This document shows positions 15,812-24,376 of a stretch of DNA of 45,510 nt, one piece after another. The stretch covers positions 1-45,510 of the forward strand of contig JAJZDL010000001.1 of assembly GCA_021851465.1 (NCBI GenBank), written 5' to 3'. Each line of letters begins with the position of its first letter. Within the stretch, counting starts at the first letter, position 1. Below the pieces are notes generated by a model. It searched no databases and was not told the DNA's origin. It worked only from the letters and a program-made list of their open reading frames with translations. Source of the DNA: Acidobacteriota bacterium (GTDB lineage Bacteria; Acidobacteriota; Terriglobia; Terriglobales; Acidobacteriaceae). Made by a program: the position numbers and the translations under genes.

Positions 15812-18745
15812 ATGCAATCCTCCGCTGCGCTGCCCCATCCGATTCAGCAGGCTCTTGAGCGCGGCTTTACCATTGTCACTGCCAACCAGCGCGCCGCCCG
15901 TACGCTGCATCGTGCCTTCGATCTCCACCAACGCGCTCGAAGCCGTCCATTCTGGGAGCCGCCCACGATCCTCGCCTGGGACGCCTGGCTCGCCGACCTC
16001 TGGCATCGTCTTCTGCTCGACGGAGTCGCAACCGAACTCCTGCTCAGCCCCACGCAGGAGCACACCCTCTGGCGCGCCGTCATCGACGACGATGCAGCGA
16101 CGACCGAAACAGTTGACAGCGCAACAGGCACCGCCGCGCTCAGCCTTCGCCCCATCGACTCGCTCGCCGCGCTCGCCGCCGACGCATGGAGCCTGCTGCA
16201 CGCCTACCGTGCCCGCCGTCGTCTGCAATCCGCCGTCGCGAGTACCGACACGCGCGCCTTCGCCCGCTGGGCCGGCGAATTCGACCGTCGCTCGGCCCGC
16301 GCGAAGTACCTCACCGAAGCGCAGCTCCCCGAAGCTCTGCGCGCCGCCATTGAAGCAGGCCGGCTCATCCCGCCAACCGGCCTCCTGCTCGTCGGCTTCG
16401 ACCTCAAAACGCCTGCGCAGTCTGCCCTGCTCGATGCCATCGCCGACGCTGGCTCCGCGATCCAAGAGTTCAGCCCGCAGATCGCGGCGGTCTCATCCAT
16501 CGCACTCGCACCGAGATCGCTGGAAAGTGCAGAGTGTGGGCCGGCCGCAACTCTCACCCTCGTCGCCGCGCCCGACGAGCGTGCCGAACTCGCCGCTTGC
16601 GCCCGCTGGCTGCGCGCCCACCTCATCGATCGGCCCACCGCCCGCATCGCCGTCGTCGTTCCCGCAATCGAGACCGACCGCGCCGAGATCGACCGCATCT
16701 TCCGCCAGGCGCTCGCGCCCGAGCTCAACCGCATCGCCGCGCCCGCCAACTCCGACCCATTCGAGTTTTCGCTCGGCATTCCGCTGGCCAACACACCGAT
16801 CGTCGCCACCGCGCTCGACATCCTGCGATGGGCCGCCGGTTCGCTCCCGCTCGACCGCGTCTCAGCGCTGCTGCTCTCGCCCCACTTCGCCGCAGACACC
16901 TCGCACGCCAACGGCGAACACCTCGCCCGCGCCGAGTTCGATGCCTTCGTCCTGCGCCAGCAACCTCTCCTCCAGCCGAGGATCTCGCTCGACGCGCTGC
17001 TCACCCTCGCCTCCAACCCGAAGCACGGCGCGGCCACTCTGCCCAACCTGCTCCAACACCTGAGCGCACTCCGACCGCTCTTCCTGCAACGCGGCCTCCT
17101 CACCGCCGAGCGCACCCACGCCGAATGGGCCGCAACCTTCCACGAGATCCTCGACGCCGCCGGATCGGCCGCGCCGGGCCGCGACAGCAGCGTCGAGTTC
17201 CAGGCCCGCCGCAAGTGGGAGTCCGCCCTCGACGAACTCACCACCCTCGACTTCGGCTCCCGCTCCGACGGCACGCGCGTCCGCTTCGCCGCCGCCCTCG
17301 ACGCGCTCGAACGCATCTGTGCACAGACACTCTTCGCCCCAGAATCCCGCCACGCACCCATCCAGATCATGGGCCCGCTGGAGTCCGCAGGCTCCACCTT
17401 CGACGCTCTCTGGTTCCTGCGCGCCAGCGACCTCGCATGGCCCTCCAAACCCACGCCGAATCCGCTCCTGCCCTGGCTGCTGCAACGCGACCTTGCCATG
17501 CCCGGAGCCAACCCAACGCACGACGCCGCACACGCACGCAACATCACCCAACGCATCGCTGCCTGCGCGCCAACCGTCCTCTTCAGCTACGCGCAGCAGA
17601 CCGTCGACGGATCCCAGCGTCCGTCCTCCGTCGTCACCGCCCTCGCCGCATCCGGCCTCACGCTCGATCTCCGCACCGCCGAGGAGATCGCTCCCTGCGA
17701 ATCCGCGCCCGCGCCCATCGCCCTCGAAGCCATCCCCGACGATGCACCCATTCCGCCTCCGCCAGACCGCACTCTGCGTGGCGGCGCATCCATCCTCGCC
17801 GCGCAGGCCGCCTGCGGCTTCCGTGCCTTCGCCGAAAAGCGCCTCTTCTCCTCTGCGCTCGAACCCTCCACGTTCGGCCTCGACCCACGCCAGCGCGGCA
17901 GCCTCGTCCACGCCACTCTGGAGAGCTTCTGGTCCCACGTCGAAACGCAGGCCGCACTCCAGCTTCTGGCCATCGAAGAGCGCGACGGCATCCTCTCCCA
18001 CTGCATCGACGCCGCCATCGCTCGGCATCTCCCCAATCCCGCGCCCGGCTGGCCCCGCGCCTACCTCCTCGCCGAACGACAGCGCCTGCTCAACCTCCTC
18101 CGCTCGTGGCTCGACTTCGAGGCCACCGAACGCATGCCCTTCACCGTCAAGTCCTGCGAAGAGATGCTTCGCGACGTCCAGATCGGCCCGCTCCGCATCG
18201 AGATCCGCGTCGACCGCATCGACACCATCCAACTCCCTGCCGCCCCAGACGAGGACACTCCCGAAGAAGTCTCGTCAGCCAACAACCCACTCTCCGGCGA
18301 GATCATCCTCGACTACAAGACCGGCCCGGCCAGCACCGCCGACTGGCTCGGCGACCGCCCCGACGCGCCCCAACTTCCCCTCTACGCCGTCGTCTCCGAA
18401 GTCCCCAACCTCGCCGCCATCGCCTTCGCCAGCGTCCGCCCCGGCAAGGATCTCGGCCTGCTCGGCTACCAGTCGCGCGATGGACTCCTCCCCAAGGCCG
18501 CGAAGCTGAAGACCGAGAGCCTCGCAGCCCAGGTCGAGCAGTGGCGCGCCGTCCTCACCGCCCTCGCCGAGGACTTCCACTCCGGCAACGCGCGCGTCGA
18601 TCCCAAGCACTACCCGAAGACCTGCGAGCACTGCGATCAGCGCCTGCTCTGCCGCCTCAACCCCGCCACCCTCGACGCCGCCTCCGATGAAGACTCCGAC
18701 ACGGACGACTCCATCCCCACTGCTCAGGAGGCCGCCCGTGGCTGA
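15812..18745 (+). CDS. addB: AddB-like DNA repair protein (inactive helicase fold plus PD-(D/E)XK nuclease with Fe-S cysteines)
   Basis: VTANQRAAR, FSLGIPL, QAACGFRAF, RGSLVH, RVDRID, ILDYKTG, PQLPLYA, CEHCDQRLLC. Coupled to the downstream UvrD-type helicase/nuclease. Confidence 0.85.
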   Translation: MQSSAALPHPIQQALERGFTIVTANQRAARTLHRAFDLHQRARSRPFWEPPTILAWDAWLADLWHRLLLDGVATELLLSPTQEHTLWRAVIDDDAATTETVDSATGTAALSLRPIDSLAALAADAWSLLHAYRARRRLQSAVASTDTRAFARWAGEFDRRSARAKYLTEAQLPEALRAAIEAGRLIPPTGLLLVGFDLKTPAQSALLDAIADAGSAIQEFSPQIAAVSSIALAPRSLESAECGPAATLTLVAAPDERAELAACARWLRAHLIDRPTARIAVVVPAIETDRAEIDRIFRQALAPELNRIAAPANSDPFEFSLGIPLANTPIVATALDILRWAAGSLPLDRVSALLLSPHFAADTSHANGEHLARAEFDAFVLRQQPLLQPRISLDALLTLASNPKHGAATLPNLLQHLSALRPLFLQRGLLTAERTHAEWAATFHEILDAAGSAAPGRDSSVEFQARRKWESALDELTTLDFGSRSDGTRVRFAAALDALERICAQTLFAPESRHAPIQIMGPLESAGSTFDALWFLRASDLAWPSKPTPNPLLPWLLQRDLAMPGANPTHDAAHARNITQRIAACAPTVLFSYAQQTVDGSQRPSSVVTALAASGLTLDLRTAEEIAPCESAPAPIALEAIPDDAPIPPPPDRTLRGGASILAAQAACGFRAFAEKRLFSSALEPSTFGLDPRQRGSLVHATLESFWSHVETQAALQLLAIEERDGILSHCIDAAIARHLPNPAPGWPRAYLLAERQRLLNLLRSWLDFEATERMPFTVKSCEEMLRDVQIGPLRIEIRVDRIDTIQLPAAPDEDTPEEVSSANNPLSGEIILDYKTGPASTADWLGDRPDAPQLPLYAVVSEVPNLAAIAFASVRPGKDLGLLGYQSRDGLLPKAAKLKTESLAAQVEQWRAVLTALAEDFHSGNARVDPKHYPKTCEHCDQRLLCRLNPATLDAASDEDSDTDDSIPTAQEAARG

Positions 18746-21700
18746 ACTCCTCCGCTTCCCTGGCAATGCCCAGCCGCTCCCGCCGCCTGACGCCGAAGCT
18801 CGACGCGAGGCCCTCGACATCCACCGCTCCTTCATCGTCGAAGCCCCCGCCGGCTCCGGCAAGACCGGCCTGCTCATCCAGCGCCTCCTCAAGCTCCTCG
18901 CCGACGACTCGGTCGAGCAGCCCGAACAGGTCCTCGCCATCACCTTCACCAACAAGGCCACCGCAGAGTTGCGCGACCGCGTCCTCGCCCACCTCACCGC
19001 CGCCGCAGAAACCGAAGCCGCCAAACCGAAAGTCCTGACACAGCTCGCAGCCGCCGCGGAGGAACCACCGCCAGCCTCAACGGATTTCCAGTCGGAAACG
19101 CTCGCCCTCGCCCACTCCGTCCTCGCCCGCGACCGCCAGATCGGCTGGAACCTCCTCGACCAGCCGCACCGCCTCAACATCCGCACCATCGACTCGGTCT
19201 GCGCAGAGATCGCCCGCACCCTCCCCGTCCTCTCCGGTTCGGGCGGTCGCCTCACGCCCACCACCGACGCCGACCCACTGCACCGCGAGGCCGCCCGCCG
19301 CACCCTTCTTCTCCTCGGTTCCGGCGACTCCGACCTCGACACCGCCCTGCGCGACCTCCTCCTCCACCGCGACGGCAACCTCGCCGACTGCGAGTCCCTC
19401 CTCGCCAACATGCTCAGCCTGCGCGACCAGTGGGGCAACCTCATCCCCCTCGCCCGCCCACATCTCGACGACGCATGGCTCGACGCCAACGTCCTGCCTC
19501 GCCTCGAGCTTGCCCTCGACCAAGCCATCCGCGCCGACCTCACCACCCTCGCGCAGGCCTTCCCCGCCAACCTCCTCGCAGACCTCACCAACCTCGCCGC
19601 AGACCTCGCTCCCGCCGCCCCATACGATCCCGAACTCCCGTCGCCCATCGCCCTCTGCGCCAACCTCCGAACCCCACCCGAAGCCCTCGCCGAGCACCTC
19701 GACCACTGGCTCTCCCTGATTCACCTGCTCATCGTCGGCGATGGAGGCTGGCGCAAGGAAAGAGGCATCACCGGAAAAAACTTAAAGTTTGGCTACAACA
19801 GAAAACACTCCAACCACACCCGCCTGGTCTCCCTGATTGACGCCCTCCGCGACCGCGACGACCTCCTACGCACCTTCGAGAAGATCCGCTCCCTGCCGCC
19901 CGCCCACTACCCCGCCGACCAGTGGACCGTCGCCAAGTCTCTCTTCCGCGTCCTCAGCCGCGCTCTGGTCGAGCTCCAGTTCGTCTTCGCCGCCCGCAAC
20001 CAGTGCGACTTCACCGAACTCAGCCTCCTCGCCCGCCACGCCCTCGCCGCAGACTCCGGCCCAGAAGACCTCGCCTCCGCACTCGGTGCGCGCCTCCAGC
20101 ACCTCCTCGTCGACGAGATGCAGGACACCTCAACCAGTCAGTACACCCTCATCGAACTCCTCACCGCCTCGTGGGACGGATACTCACAGACCGTCTTTCT
20201 AGTCGGCGACCCCCGCCAATCCATCTACCTCTTCCGCCAGGCCCGTGTCGAGCGTTTCCTCCGCGCCCTGCACTCCCAACACCTCGGCGACCTACCTCTC
20301 ACCCGCCTCTGCCTCACCGCTAACTTCCGCTCTCAGAGTGCTCTAGTCGAAGAGTTCAACCAAAACTTTAGCTTAATGTTCCCTCCCAAAGACGACCTCC
20401 CCTACACATCTGCCGACCCCACCCTCCCCGCCTCGCCCCACGCCCACGCCACCGTCTGGCACGCCAACCCCATCGCGTCGATCCCGGACGACGCAGCCAC
20501 CGCCCCTCTCACTCTCGCCCAACTCAAGCAGCAACAATCCCGCCGAGACGCCCTCGAAGTCCGCAGCATCGCCCGCGTATGGCTCACCAAGCCGCTTCCC
20601 GCAGGTCGAACCAAACCCTGGCAGCTCGCCGTCCTCGTCTCCAACCGGAAACACCTCAACGAGATCGTCGCTGCCCTCAAACAACAGGATGACCTCGGCC
20701 TAATTCCCTTCCGCGCCGTCGAGATCGAAGCCCTCAGCGACCGCCAGGAGATCCTCGACCTCACCGCGCTCACCCGCGCTCTGCTTCATCCCGCCGACCG
20801 AGTCGCCGCCCTCGCCGTCCTGCGCGCCCCCTGGTGCGGCCTCTCGCTCGCCGACCTGCACACCCTCACCGGGGCCGACGATCCCACCCTCCAAAGCCAC
20901 TCCATCCACAGCCTCATCGAGAATCGCGCTCACCTCCTCCCCGACGACTCCCGCCAGCGCCTTCAACGAGTCGGCAAGGTTCTCGCCGACGCCACCGCCC
21001 AGCGCACCCGCCTCACCCCCGCCCAGTTCGTCGAGCGCGCTTGGCGCTCCCTCGGAGGAGACGTATTTCTCAACAGGACTCAACTCAATAACACAATTAT
21101 TTTCTTTCAGTTATTGGATAAACTTCAACTTCAAGAAAAAGATAGTTCGTCCATCAATCTGCTCGACCCAACCCTCCTCCAAGCCCACCTACAAAAGCTC
21201 TACGCCGAACCCGATCCAATCCCCCCCGGAACCCCCTTCGTCGAACTCCTCACCATCCACAAGGCCAAGGGCCTGGAGTGGGATGTCGTTGTCGTTCCCG
21301 CCCTCGAGCGCGGCCCCGGCAGAAGCCCAACCCGTCTCCTCACCTGGTCTGAGATCGACACCGCACTCCAGCCCGCCACCTCCGAAGGCCAGCCCAACGA
21401 CCGCCCGGCCCACATCATGCTCGCACCCATCGCCGGTCGCGGCGAACCGTCGAAGGCCCTCAACAACTGGCTCAACGCAATCCACAGCGCCCGCGAGGCC
21501 GCCGAGCGCAAGCGCCTCTTCTACGTCGCCTGCACCCGCGCCCGAGAGGAGCTGCACCTCTTCGCCGCTCCCACCGTCTCCGCCAAAGGGCAGATCGTCC
21601 CTCGCTACAACAGCCTCCTCAACGCCGCATGGCCCGCCGCCCAGCCCCACTTCGCCGCCGCGGAGACAGACCCCAGCCAAGAGAATCCATCCTCCCGACC

Positions 21701-22550
21701 GGAGCACAGTGCAGTGGTGGCTCCCCCGCATCTTTCCCCGAACGCCATGGAACCTCTCCCCTTGACCCTGGATCTCGCCGCCTCAGCAGCCTTCACACTC
21801 GAACGCCTTCCTCTCGCCTTCGATCCCGACGAGCGCATCGCCGCCGCGCGCGCCCAAAGGCTCCCCAGCGGCGACCCAGACAGCGGCCCCGCCTCCAACC
21901 ACGCCCCGTTCTCTCGTCCCGAAGGCTCCTTTGCCGCGCGCTCCTTCGGCAACGTCGTCCACGCCGCGCTCGAATCCTGCGCCACCCGCATCGCCACCGG
22001 CCACTCCCCCGCCGCGTTGCTCGCCGAACTCCCCACCTGGCCCCCGCGCCTCGCCGCCCTCCTGCGCGCAGACGGCCTGCCCCACGCCACCGTCAACCGC
22101 CTCGCCCTCGAAGCGCAGGCCACCCTCGAAAACACCCTGCGCGATCCCGACGGCCTCTGGCTGCTCGCGCCAAACGCCTGCGCCTCCAGCGAGCTTGCCC
22201 TCACCGCATGGCCCACGCCTCAAACCGCCAACGGCCAGGCCGCCATCCACCCCATCTCTATCCGCATCGACCGCATCTTTCGCGCCGGGGCCGACCCTCG
22301 CGCCCCCGGCGAGGACGTCCTCTGGATCGTCGATTACAAGACCTCCACGCCGCACAGCTCCGCCAGCCTCGACGACTTCCTCGCCCACCAGCGCGCCACC
22401 TACGCCCCACAACTCGAAACCTACGCCCGCATCCTCACCCAGCTTCCGCACCCCCCGGACCTCCCCGCACCCAAGAAGGTTCGTCTCGCGCTCTACTACC
22501 CCGCCCTGCCCCGCCTCGACTGGTGGCCGCTCGCCATGCCATCCGCCTGA
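18738..22550 (+). CDS. addA: AddA-like UvrD helicase / RecB-family nuclease
   Basis: APAGSGKT, AITFTNKA, LVDEMQD, VGDPRQSIYLFR, NFRS, TIHKAKGLE, YVACTRA, IDR...VDYKT, QLETY. GTG 18738 follows AGGAGG and overlaps the addB stop. Confidence 0.9.
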   Translation: MAELLRFPGNAQPLPPPDAEARREALDIHRSFIVEAPAGSGKTGLLIQRLLKLLADDSVEQPEQVLAITFTNKATAELRDRVLAHLTAAAETEAAKPKVLTQLAAAAEEPPPASTDFQSETLALAHSVLARDRQIGWNLLDQPHRLNIRTIDSVCAEIARTLPVLSGSGGRLTPTTDADPLHREAARRTLLLLGSGDSDLDTALRDLLLHRDGNLADCESLLANMLSLRDQWGNLIPLARPHLDDAWLDANVLPRLELALDQAIRADLTTLAQAFPANLLADLTNLAADLAPAAPYDPELPSPIALCANLRTPPEALAEHLDHWLSLIHLLIVGDGGWRKERGITGKNLKFGYNRKHSNHTRLVSLIDALRDRDDLLRTFEKIRSLPPAHYPADQWTVAKSLFRVLSRALVELQFVFAARNQCDFTELSLLARHALAADSGPEDLASALGARLQHLLVDEMQDTSTSQYTLIELLTASWDGYSQTVFLVGDPRQSIYLFRQARVERFLRALHSQHLGDLPLTRLCLTANFRSQSALVEEFNQNFSLMFPPKDDLPYTSADPTLPASPHAHATVWHANPIASIPDDAATAPLTLAQLKQQQSRRDALEVRSIARVWLTKPLPAGRTKPWQLAVLVSNRKHLNEIVAALKQQDDLGLIPFRAVEIEALSDRQEILDLTALTRALLHPADRVAALAVLRAPWCGLSLADLHTLTGADDPTLQSHSIHSLIENRAHLLPDDSRQRLQRVGKVLADATAQRTRLTPAQFVERAWRSLGGDVFLNRTQLNNTIIFFQLLDKLQLQEKDSSSINLLDPTLLQAHLQKLYAEPDPIPPGTPFVELLTIHKAKGLEWDVVVVPALERGPGRSPTRLLTWSEIDTALQPATSEGQPNDRPAHIMLAPIAGRGEPSKALNNWLNAIHSAREAAERKRLFYVACTRAREELHLFAAPTVSAKGQIVPRYNSLLNAAWPAAQPHFAAAETDPSQENPSSRPEHSAVVAPPHLSPNAMEPLPLTLDLAASAAFTLERLPLAFDPDERIAAARAQRLPSGDPDSGPASNHAPFSRPEGSFAARSFGNVVHAALESCATRIATGHSPAALLAELPTWPPRLAALLRADGLPHATVNRLALEAQATLENTLRDPDGLWLLAPNACASSELALTAWPTPQTANGQAAIHPISIRIDRIFRAGADPRAPGEDVLWIVDYKTSTPHSSASLDDFLAHQRATYAPQLETYARILTQLPHPPDLPAPKKVRLALYYPALPRLDWWPLAMPSA
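21688..21735 (+). repeat. Degenerate family A repeat in-frame in addA
   Basis: CATCCTCCCGACCGGAGCACAGTGCAGTGGTGGCTCCCCCGCATCTTT aligns with the recQ copy and encodes SSRPEHSAVVAPPHL in the helicase-nuclease linker. Confidence 0.65.
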
Positions 22551-22572
22551 ACTCATCCGCGCAACCCGGAGC

Positions 22573-22606
22573 ATCTTCACTGCCGCTATATCTTCACTGC
22601 CGCTAT
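22573..22606 (+). repeat. 17-bp tandem duplication
   Basis: ATCTTCACTGCCGCTAT x2, just upstream of a family A copy. Confidence 0.8.
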
Positions 22607-22618
22607 CAAAGAAAGATT

Positions 22619-22655
22619 TGTCATTCTGAGCGCAGCGAAGAATCCCCGCATCTTT
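22619..22655 (+). repeat. Family A palindromic repeat
   Basis: TGTCATTCTGAGCGCAGCGAAGAATCCCCGCATCTTT. Confidence 0.85.
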
Positions 22656-22742
22656 GCCGGTACCGCACGCTCTATCCCATTGCGTAGATCTTCTCCGTGT
22701 GTGCCTTTCGCGTATTCGCGTCCACCGCGCTACCATCTCCTC

Positions 22743-23414
22743 ATGCGCCCCGCGGACACAACAGGCAGCAAGCGGCGCGACCTGGCAGAGCTTTCCATCG
22801 GATACGCGCTCATCCTCGTCGTGCTCTGGACGCCGCGCCCCTGGCAGAAGCCTCTCTACTGCGTTGCCGCCGTCTTTCTCGCAGCCGTCCTCTCCATCTC
22901 CTTCACCAGTTGGAAGCGGATGGGCCTATGCACGGCCAACCTCGCGCGCTCCTCCTGGGTGGTTGGCGCGGCACTCCTTGGCTCCGCAATCGCCATCCTC
23001 ATCGCCGCTCAAATGCACACGCTGCAGTGGCCTGGCGGCCCCATCCCGTTTCTCCGCCGCTATCTTGGCTACGCTATCTGGGCCGTCCTGCAACAGGTCC
23101 TGCTGCAGGACTTCTTCCTCGCGCGCCTGCTGCGTCTAATGCGCACCCCAAACTCCGCCGCGCTGGCGGCCGCAACCATCTTCTCGCTCGCCCACCTGCC
23201 CAGCCCGATCCTGGTCGCGGTCACCTTCCTCTGGGGCCTCGCGGCATGCCTGCTCTTCCTGCGTTACCGCAATCTCTACCCCTTGGCCTTGGCGCACGCC
23301 ATCCTGGGGATCACCGTCGCGATGGCCATTCCCCGCCCCGTCATCCGCAACATGCGCGTCGGCCTCGGATACATCGCCTACCCCGCGCAGCATCCTGCTC
23401 AGCGCAGCCACTGA
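22743..23414 (+). CDS. CPBP/CAAX (Abi) family membrane protein with a degenerate first motif
   Basis: Multi-TM; LQQVLLQD in place of EExxxR, FSLAH, AHAILG. TACCAT lies 6 nt before ATG 22743. Confidence 0.75.
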   Translation: MRPADTTGSKRRDLAELSIGYALILVVLWTPRPWQKPLYCVAAVFLAAVLSISFTSWKRMGLCTANLARSSWVVGAALLGSAIAILIAAQMHTLQWPGGPIPFLRRYLGYAIWAVLQQVLLQDFFLARLLRLMRTPNSAALAAATIFSLAHLPSPILVAVTFLWGLAACLLFLRYRNLYPLALAHAILGITVAMAIPRPVIRNMRVGLGYIAYPAQHPAQRSH

Positions 23415-24307
23415 CTCCACACCGTGTCCACCAGCGCATGGGTGGTCGCGGAGGCCCCAACCCGGCGGTCGCGCCGCCACGCACGTCCGTAAAAAATCCC
23501 CGCCAGCGCGGCCAGCACAACGTACCGCCAGTTGAAGTGCGCGGCGCGCTTGTTGAAGTGCGCCAACCCGAAGACCGCCGCCGTCGCCAGCAGCGCGGGC
23601 GTGCGCCCCAGCCGCCGCTCCAGCAGGTTCTGCATCCACCCCCGGAAGAACAGCTCCTCCGGCACCGCGATGAACGCGAACGTAAAGAGAAACGCACCTG
23701 CAAGCCCGGCCGGTCGCGGCCGCGCCGCATGGAGATGCAGAAAGCCCAAGCCCAGCCCAAGCGCAACAGCCATCGGCGCATACCACCCAAACTCCCTCAC
23801 ACCCGTGCGCAGGTCTCGCACTCGCAGCCGCAGATCGAACCCCACTCCATCCAGTCGCCGCACCAGCATGAACCCATAGGTCCCCGCGTCCAGCAGCAGC
23901 ATCTTGTTGAAGACCGCGAGGTGCGCCGGCCATGCGCGCTCAAACCAGCGCAGATCGACCGCCAGCCCCAGCACCGCAAGCACCAGATAGTCCCGCCAGT
24001 TGCCACGCTGCGCGCCATCGGCCAGCCGTGCCTGCCACAGCAGCGCGCAGACCGCAACCGGAAGCAGCGCGTACAACGCGAACCACTCCCAGCAAAATCT
24101 TCCGCGCGAGACCGTCACCAACACATACGGCACGCACAGCGCAGCCGGTGACAAGACCCGCAGCGGCAGCGGCAGCCGCTCCACCCAGGCACTCAGCCGC
24201 GTTGAAAAAAATGCCGCCGCCACAAGTGGGGCAAGCGTGAGCGCAGCCGCAACAACCATCGCCGGCCCAATCGCGAATCCAAGCTCGCCAGACAAAGCCA
24301 TGCCCAT
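23399..24307 (-). CDS. CPBP/CAAX family intramembrane glutamic protease
   Basis: PEELFFRG, FGLAH, THALVD; multi-TM. Confidence 0.88.
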   Translation of the reverse strand: MGMALSGELGFAIGPAMVVAAALTLAPLVAAAFFSTRLSAWVERLPLPLRVLSPAALCVPYVLVTVSRGRFCWEWFALYALLPVAVCALLWQARLADGAQRGNWRDYLVLAVLGLAVDLRWFERAWPAHLAVFNKMLLLDAGTYGFMLVRRLDGVGFDLRLRVRDLRTGVREFGWYAPMAVALGLGLGFLHLHAARPRPAGLAGAFLFTFAFIAVPEELFFRGWMQNLLERRLGRTPALLATAAVFGLAHFNKRAAHFNWRYVVLAALAGIFYGRAWRRDRRVGASATTHALVDTVWSQWLR

Positions 24308-24376
24308 AAAATCCCCGCCCGCCCTGCCATCGTATCGGCGAACAAGCCGCTACACCATCGCCGCAAGGCCCCTAAC

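Noticed and set aside
16505-16550. G-rich patch in addB (APRSLESAECGPAA) as a seventh coding repeat insert
   Set aside because: Only faint resemblance to family B; cannot be supported by eye.
15812-22550. addAB, recQ or the CPBP 'Abi' genes as a novel anti-phage system
   Set aside because: Motifs fit ordinary AddAB-type repair and RecQ; 'Abi' is a legacy name for CPBP proteases; the context is core genome.
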